Shown here piece by piece: positions 59,068-64,000 of a DNA stretch of 64,000 bases. The notes under the pieces are model-generated. The model had not been told where the DNA came from. It was given only the letters and a program-made list of their open reading frames with translations, and made no database searches. Both the position numbers and the translations under genes were made by a program. This DNA comes from Patescibacteria group bacterium. GTDB lineage: Bacteria > Patescibacteriota > Microgenomatia > UBA8517. The stretch covers positions 162,902 to 226,901 of the forward strand of contig JBGSJG010000008.1 in assembly GCA_041742135.1 (NCBI GenBank). The letters run 5' to 3'. The first letter of the stretch is position 1. Every line of letters begins with the position of its first letter.

Positions 59068-59913
59068 GTGCCAGAAGCAACCGAAAGAAAAATGGATGAC
59101 CAAAGAGTAGCTGAAATCGTAGAGATAGCAAAGCGGTGTAGGCGACCCATAAAAAAGGGTTCTATTAGTGTGTGTATCGACGATCGATTGGCCCATAAAT
59201 TTACCAAGCCAATTCCGACCGAGCAGCTTCAAGAGGTTTTTGTAACAAGTGAGAGTGAATCTGGGCCACAAATACCTGGAGCCTCAGCAGGAGTCTTGGT
59301 AGCGGTTGCAGAATGTGCCCCTGACGAAAAAAGCTTGGACTTTGATGAATTGAATACGATCACTCGCGAAGCACATGTTCGCGCGGGATTCGCATTGGGT
59401 GTTCATATGGATAATCATCACGATGAAGTTTCGGATGATAAAATTTTTGAAATGGTTGAAAGAGCGTTGGAAGACCCAGACAACACGGACCTTCCCGGTT
59501 GTGGCTACGCTGGTATGCTGGTCAATCCGGAAAACCCTCTGAATTTAAGCGCAAGGACGCACAAATTTGTTCGAAGTTTAAAGTTAGTTCCACGCATGTT
59601 AGCTGCCGGATCAAGGCTTGTTGAGCTAGAGGGACATCATGCTGAGCCAGACAACGGGGCGCTTGCAATAATTAATAATCAAGAAGGAACCACGCTTGAT
59701 CATGATGCGCTCAAGGCAGCAGGTGTTAAAGTGTATGGATTTGACCCTCGCGCAGTCGAAAAAATTATGAACGAGGCTGTCGAGGTTTTGGAAGCAAGAG
59801 GTGAAACTGATTGGGCAGAGAATGTTCGTAACAAGGGAGCTCAAGTCGTTACTCAACACCAGAGAATTGCAGCAGTAGCGCTGACAGGCCGTGAACCTGT
59901 TGAAATTGCTTGA
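59068..59913 (+). CDS. Zeta-class (CDCA1-like) carbonic anhydrase-like protein
   Basis: CIDDR, PQIPGA, GVHMD, GCGY, LEGHH; start moved to GTG 59068, 7 nt after TAAAAT. Confidence 0.6.
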   Translation: MPEATERKMDDQRVAEIVEIAKRCRRPIKKGSISVCIDDRLAHKFTKPIPTEQLQEVFVTSESESGPQIPGASAGVLVAVAECAPDEKSLDFDELNTITREAHVRAGFALGVHMDNHHDEVSDDKIFEMVERALEDPDNTDLPGCGYAGMLVNPENPLNLSARTHKFVRSLKLVPRMLAAGSRLVELEGHHAEPDNGALAIINNQEGTTLDHDALKAAGVKVYGFDPRAVEKIMNEAVEVLEARGETDWAENVRNKGAQVVTQHQRIAAVALTGREPVEIA

Positions 59914-59964
59914 GAGCTGTCGTAAAATAATCTAACCTCGATTTGATCTTGCGGTTTAGTCTAT

Positions 59965-60201
59965 ATGAAAAAGAATGAAGTAAGTGATTTGGTCGGCGCT
60001 TTTGGCGAAGCCACAAGCATTACTGGCAACTTGGTTGCTTTGCCGCTAATTTTTTTGATTGCAGGCTTTTTTCTTGATAAAACATTGTCTACTACCCCAA
60101 TTTTTATCTTTTTAGGTATAATTGTGGGTGTCGGGCTTGGAATAATGCGCGCTATGAAAATAAGCAAAAATTACAAATTTAAAAAATCTCCTAAAAAATG
60201 A
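59965..60201 (+). CDS. AtpZ/AtpI-like 2-TM accessory protein
   Basis: GFFLDKTLSTTPIF motif; first gene of the atp operon. Confidence 0.75.
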   Translation: MKKNEVSDLVGAFGEATSITGNLVALPLIFLIAGFFLDKTLSTTPIFIFLGIIVGVGLGIMRAMKISKNYKFKKSPKK

Positions 60202-60950
60202 GTTCCCTTCACATATCAATTGCAGCCGAGCCAGTTTTTCATATCGGCGATTTTGCTGTAACTAACTCGCTTTTGACCACCTTTGTAGTTATGTTGCTTT
60301 TATTTTTAATTGCGGCTTCCGTAAGCTTAGCGCCAGTAACCACAGTCGGAGGCAAAAAAATTAAAAAAGTGCCAGCGTTGGTCGAGATGTTTGTTGGTGG
60401 TTTTTACAATTTCCTCTCACCAATTTTAGGTAAGCGAATCGAATCTCTCTTCCCACTTCTTATGACTTTTTTCCTATTCATTATTATTGGCAACTGGATT
60501 GGGCTTTTGCCGGGAGTTGGCCCGATTGGATTTACTGAACACACAGAACATGGAGAACTTTTTGTCCCGCTGTTTCGAGGTCCCAATGCGGACCTGAGTA
60601 CCACTTTGGCTTTGGCCTTGGTCTCCGTAATTGCGACACAGTTCTTAAGCATTAAAGCACTCGGTGCCGCGGGCTATATAAGTAAGTTTATTAATTTCAA
60701 AAATCCAATTAACTTCTTTGTTGGAATACTTGAGCTTGTTGGAGAAATTGCCAAGGTTCTTTCATTTTCATTCCGTCTTTTCGGCAACATCTTTGCAGGT
60801 GAGGTTTTACTTATCGTAATAAGCTTTTTGGTTCCAATAATTATGCCAATTCCGTTTTTGGGACTGGAGATATTTGTGGGATTCATTCAAGCTTTAGTGT
60901 TTACAATGCTGACATCGGTATTTATTGTAGTGGCGACGGAACATCATTAA
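60198..60950 (+). CDS. atpB: F0 ATP synthase subunit a
   Basis: NWIGLLPG, SFSFRLFGNIFAGE, FIQALVFTML. Confidence 0.96.
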   Translation: MSSLHISIAAEPVFHIGDFAVTNSLLTTFVVMLLLFLIAASVSLAPVTTVGGKKIKKVPALVEMFVGGFYNFLSPILGKRIESLFPLLMTFFLFIIIGNWIGLLPGVGPIGFTEHTEHGELFVPLFRGPNADLSTTLALALVSVIATQFLSIKALGAAGYISKFINFKNPINFFVGILELVGEIAKVLSFSFRLFGNIFAGEVLLIVISFLVPIIMPIPFLGLEIFVGFIQALVFTMLTSVFIVVATEHH

Positions 60951-61190
<240 letters not shown>

Positions 61191-61223
61191 TGTACACGAA
61201 CACAAAGGAGGTGTATTAAATTT

Positions 61224-61724
61224 ATGGAGAGTTTAGGAATAGATTTAAAAATAATTGGTTTTCAGATTCTTAATTTTGGAGTGCTGGTCTTTGTGCTTAA
61301 TAAATTTTTATACAAACCCGTGCTTAAGGCAATAAATGCCAAAAAGCAGGAAGTTGATGAAATAAATAAAAGCAAAGAGCAGATTGTAGTCGATAGCGAG
61401 AAATCGCAAGAGGCACAAGCATTACTCATGAAAAGTGCGCAAACCGAAAAGGCACAGGTTCTAAAAGATGCTAAGCTTGAGGCAGACAAAATTAAAAAAG
61501 CTGCCCGAGAAGAAGCCGAAAAGAAGATTTTGGCACTCGTTGAAAAAGCCAAAAAAGATTTGGAAGCTGAGAAGAAAAAGTTAGTACACGATTTTGACGC
61601 CGAAGTTTTAAGTGCCGCTTTTGCGGTTAATGAAAAAATTCTTGCTGATTTGTCGGACAAAAAAGCAGTTGAAGAAGCTTATAAAAAACTTGGGTTAGTC
61701 AAGTCGGTAATGTTTAGAAATTAA
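61224..61724 (+). CDS. atpF: F0 ATP synthase subunit b
   Basis: [13 protein letters not shown] followed by a long coiled coil; SD AAGGAGGTG. Confidence 0.92.
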   Translation: MESLGIDLKIIGFQILNFGVLVFVLNKFLYKPVLKAINAKKQEVDEINKSKEQIVVDSEKSQEAQALLMKSAQTEKAQVLKDAKLEADKIKKAAREEAEKKILALVEKAKKDLEAEKKKLVHDFDAEVLSAAFAVNEKILADLSDKKAVEEAYKKLGLVKSVMFRN

Positions 61725-61725
61725 A

Positions 61726-63225
61726 ATGAAATTAGCTGAAAAAATAAAATCGGTTAAATTGACCGATACTAGAAGTGTTGGAGAAGTCGTTTCTGTGGGA
61801 GACGGAGTTTTGTGGATTAACGGACTTCCTGAAGCCATGTACGGCGAGATTCTTGATGTGGCAGGTACGGAAGCTTTGGTCATGAATCTTGAAGAAGATT
61901 CGCTTGGAGCCGTGGTTTTGGGAAGTTTTTCGCATATTAAACGGGGAGACTTAGCGCGCACAACAGGTAAGATTTTTGAAGTTGGCTCAGGAGAGGCGAT
62001 GCTTGGCCGAGTCGTTGATCCACTTGGAAAGCCGCTCGACGAGAAAGGCGAAATTAAGATTGCCAAAATGATGCCGATGGAAAAAATCGCTCCAGGAATT
62101 GTGGCTCGCCAACAGGTTAATACCCCGCTTGCGACAGGTATTATGGCAATTGATGCCATGATTCCAATTGGTCGCGGTCAGCGCGAGCTTATTATTGGAG
62201 ACCGTGGAACCGGCAAAAGCGCGGTCGCAATCGACACAATTATCAATCAAAAAGACGTAATTTCTATCTACGTTGCTATCGGCCAAAAGCGTGCAAAAAT
62301 TGCTCAGGTAATTGAGAAGCTTTCTGAAACTGATTCGCTTAAAAACACAATCGTGGTGGTAGCTTCCGCCTCAACTCCTGCAAGTTTAAGATACGTCGCC
62401 CCATACACAGCTACAGCAATCGGTGAATATTTTATGGATAAAGGAAAGGACGTCTTGGTAATTTATGACGATTTGAGTAAACATGCTTGGGCTTATCGCG
62501 AGCTCTCGCTTTTACTTCGCCGCCCTTCCGGCCGCGAGGCTTATCCGGGAGACGTTTTCTATTTGCACTCAAGGCTTTTGGAGCGAGCATGTCGCTTAAA
62601 TGAAAAACACGGTGGGGGGTCACTAACGGCCCTTCCTATTATTGAAACTCAGGCTGGGGATGTGTCGGCTTACATTCCCACAAACGTCATTTCAATTACT
62701 GATGGCCAGATTTATTTGGAAAGCGATTTGTTTTTCTCGGGAGTTCGCCCAGCACTCAACGTCGGGCTTTCCGTCTCGCGCGTGGGTGGAACGGCTCAAA
62801 TTAAACCTATGAAAAAGGCTGCTGGAAAGCTTAGACTTGATTTGACTCAGTATTACGAACTGGCAACTTTTGCGCAATTTGCTACAGATACTGATGCCGC
62901 AACACGCGAAAAAATTGAGCGAGGCAAAAGAGTGGTTGAGTTACTTAAGCAACCACAGTATCAGCCAATTCCGCTCGGGCAACAGGTTGTAACAATTCAC
63001 CTGGCCAACTCTGGAGTTTTTGACGGTGTGGAGCTGGATGACATAAATGACTTTCGCGCCGAAGCGCTTTCGGCAATTGCGAAAGCTCACAAAAATCTCT
63101 TTGACAGCATTGAGGAAAAAAATGAATTTAGCGAAGACGATCAGAAGAAAGTCGTTGATATTGCAATGAAAGTGCGTGAAGCTTTTATTTCAAAGGAGTT
63201 AAATGACAAACCAGAAACAAATTAG
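61726..63225 (+). CDS. atpA: F1 ATP synthase subunit alpha
   Basis: [43 protein letters not shown]. Confidence 0.97.
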   Translation: MKLAEKIKSVKLTDTRSVGEVVSVGDGVLWINGLPEAMYGEILDVAGTEALVMNLEEDSLGAVVLGSFSHIKRGDLARTTGKIFEVGSGEAMLGRVVDPLGKPLDEKGEIKIAKMMPMEKIAPGIVARQQVNTPLATGIMAIDAMIPIGRGQRELIIGDRGTGKSAVAIDTIINQKDVISIYVAIGQKRAKIAQVIEKLSETDSLKNTIVVVASASTPASLRYVAPYTATAIGEYFMDKGKDVLVIYDDLSKHAWAYRELSLLLRRPSGREAYPGDVFYLHSRLLERACRLNEKHGGGSLTALPIIETQAGDVSAYIPTNVISITDGQIYLESDLFFSGVRPALNVGLSVSRVGGTAQIKPMKKAAGKLRLDLTQYYELATFAQFATDTDAATREKIERGKRVVELLKQPQYQPIPLGQQVVTIHLANSGVFDGVELDDINDFRAEALSAIAKAHKNLFDSIEEKNEFSEDDQKKVVDIAMKVREAFISKELNDKPETN

Positions 63226-64000
63226 AAAAAGAGTAAAGTCTATTAAAAACATTGGCAAGATTACCTCGGCCTTGGAGATGGTCGCTGCAAGCCGTGTGCA
63301 AAAGGCCCAAGACGCAGCGCTTCGCAGCAAGCCCTATGCAGACAAGGTCTATGAACTCGTCTCAGCAGTTAGTGGTGAGCGCGAAAATGCAGACCTCCCT
63401 CTTCTTCGCCAACCTGAATCGGTTAACCGCGATTTATATATTCTCATAAGTTCCAACAAAGGCTTGGCAGGTAGCTTAAATACAAATCTTTTGGGGAGTT
63501 TAAAGAAACATTTGGACCAAACCAATATCCCTCATTCATTTATAACTCTTGGAATAAAGGGTAGGAATTTGACCCTTAAATACGGAGATTTGGTTGCAGA
63601 TTTTTCAGAGATTGAGCCATTTTATAAAAACATTCCATCGGTAGTCGACACAATGTCCGATTTATTTATAAGTGGGCAGGTTGACAGAGTTTATTTGGTT
63701 TATAGCGATTTCAAAACTATCATGACGCAGGAGCCGACAATCAAACAGCTTCTTCCAATTGTTGCGGCAGACTCTGAGGCGATTAGTACGCCGTACGTTT
63801 TTGAACCTACCTCTCGCGAGGTTTTGGAAAATTTATTGGTTTTTTATATTGAAAATCAAGTTCGTGATGCAATGCACGAGGCCGAGGCAAGTGAACACGC
63901 GGCTCGTATGATTGCCATGAAAAATGCTAGCGATAACGCACATGATTTGTCAGATGCTTTAAGTCTTGAATACAACAAAGTGCGACAATCTGCCATTACT
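63203..64000 (+). CDS. atpG: F1 ATP synthase subunit gamma (3' truncated by window)
   Basis: Missing from the ORF track because no stop falls in the window; translates [31 protein letters not shown]...[18 protein letters not shown]...[10 protein letters not shown]; SD AAGGAG. Confidence 0.95.
   Translation, partial: MTNQKQIRKRVKSIKNIGKITSALEMVAASRVQKAQDAALRSKPYADKVYELVSAVSGERENADLPLLRQPESVNRDLYILISSNKGLAGSLNTNLLGSLKKHLDQTNIPHSFITLGIKGRNLTLKYGDLVADFSEIEPFYKNIPSVVDTMSDLFISGQVDRVYLVYSDFKTIMTQEPTIKQLLPIVAADSEAISTPYVFEPTSREVLENLLVFYIENQVRDAMHEAEASEHAARMIAMKNASDNAHDLSDALSLEYNKVRQSAIT

Overview
Gene-dense chromosomal window from a small-genome bacterium. Gene content and style (type-2 IleRS, archaeal-like PGI/PMI and PEP synthase, short HolA/UvrC, the holin-like/secG/SBP5 cluster, many orphans) suggest Patescibacteria/CPR, probably Microgenomates; this placement is inference. 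TAA, TAG and TGA all end conserved genes, so the code is standard code 11. The backbone is housekeeping: ileS end, rodA, rplU, rpmA, parB, lepB, a glycan cluster, four CCA-less tRNAs, polX, lemA, htpX, gatCAB, dnaE, rplS, ruvC, holA, lower glycolysis, lexA/uvrBAC, metK with a SAM-I riboswitch, alkD, secG, a cyclophilin and an F-type ATP synthase operon running off the end. No CRISPR array, rRNA, transposase or prophage was seen. Main candidates for novelty: (1) two tandem, very divergent SelO/YdiU-like pseudokinase paralogs with an altered catalytic loop (56.5-58.9 kb), flanked by a fungal-type trehalose phosphorylase and a zeta-class carbonic anhydrase-like gene; (2) a 641-aa HEXXH orphan whose frame extends upstream through a twin-arginine motif to an ACG at the leaderless start position; (3) pervasive leaderless promoters; (4) a candidate LexA operator shared by lexA and uvrA; (5) an ATP synthase operon with no delta gene between atpF and atpA; (6) an orphan split by one in-frame TAG. 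All family calls come from recognising motifs by eye; no searches were run.
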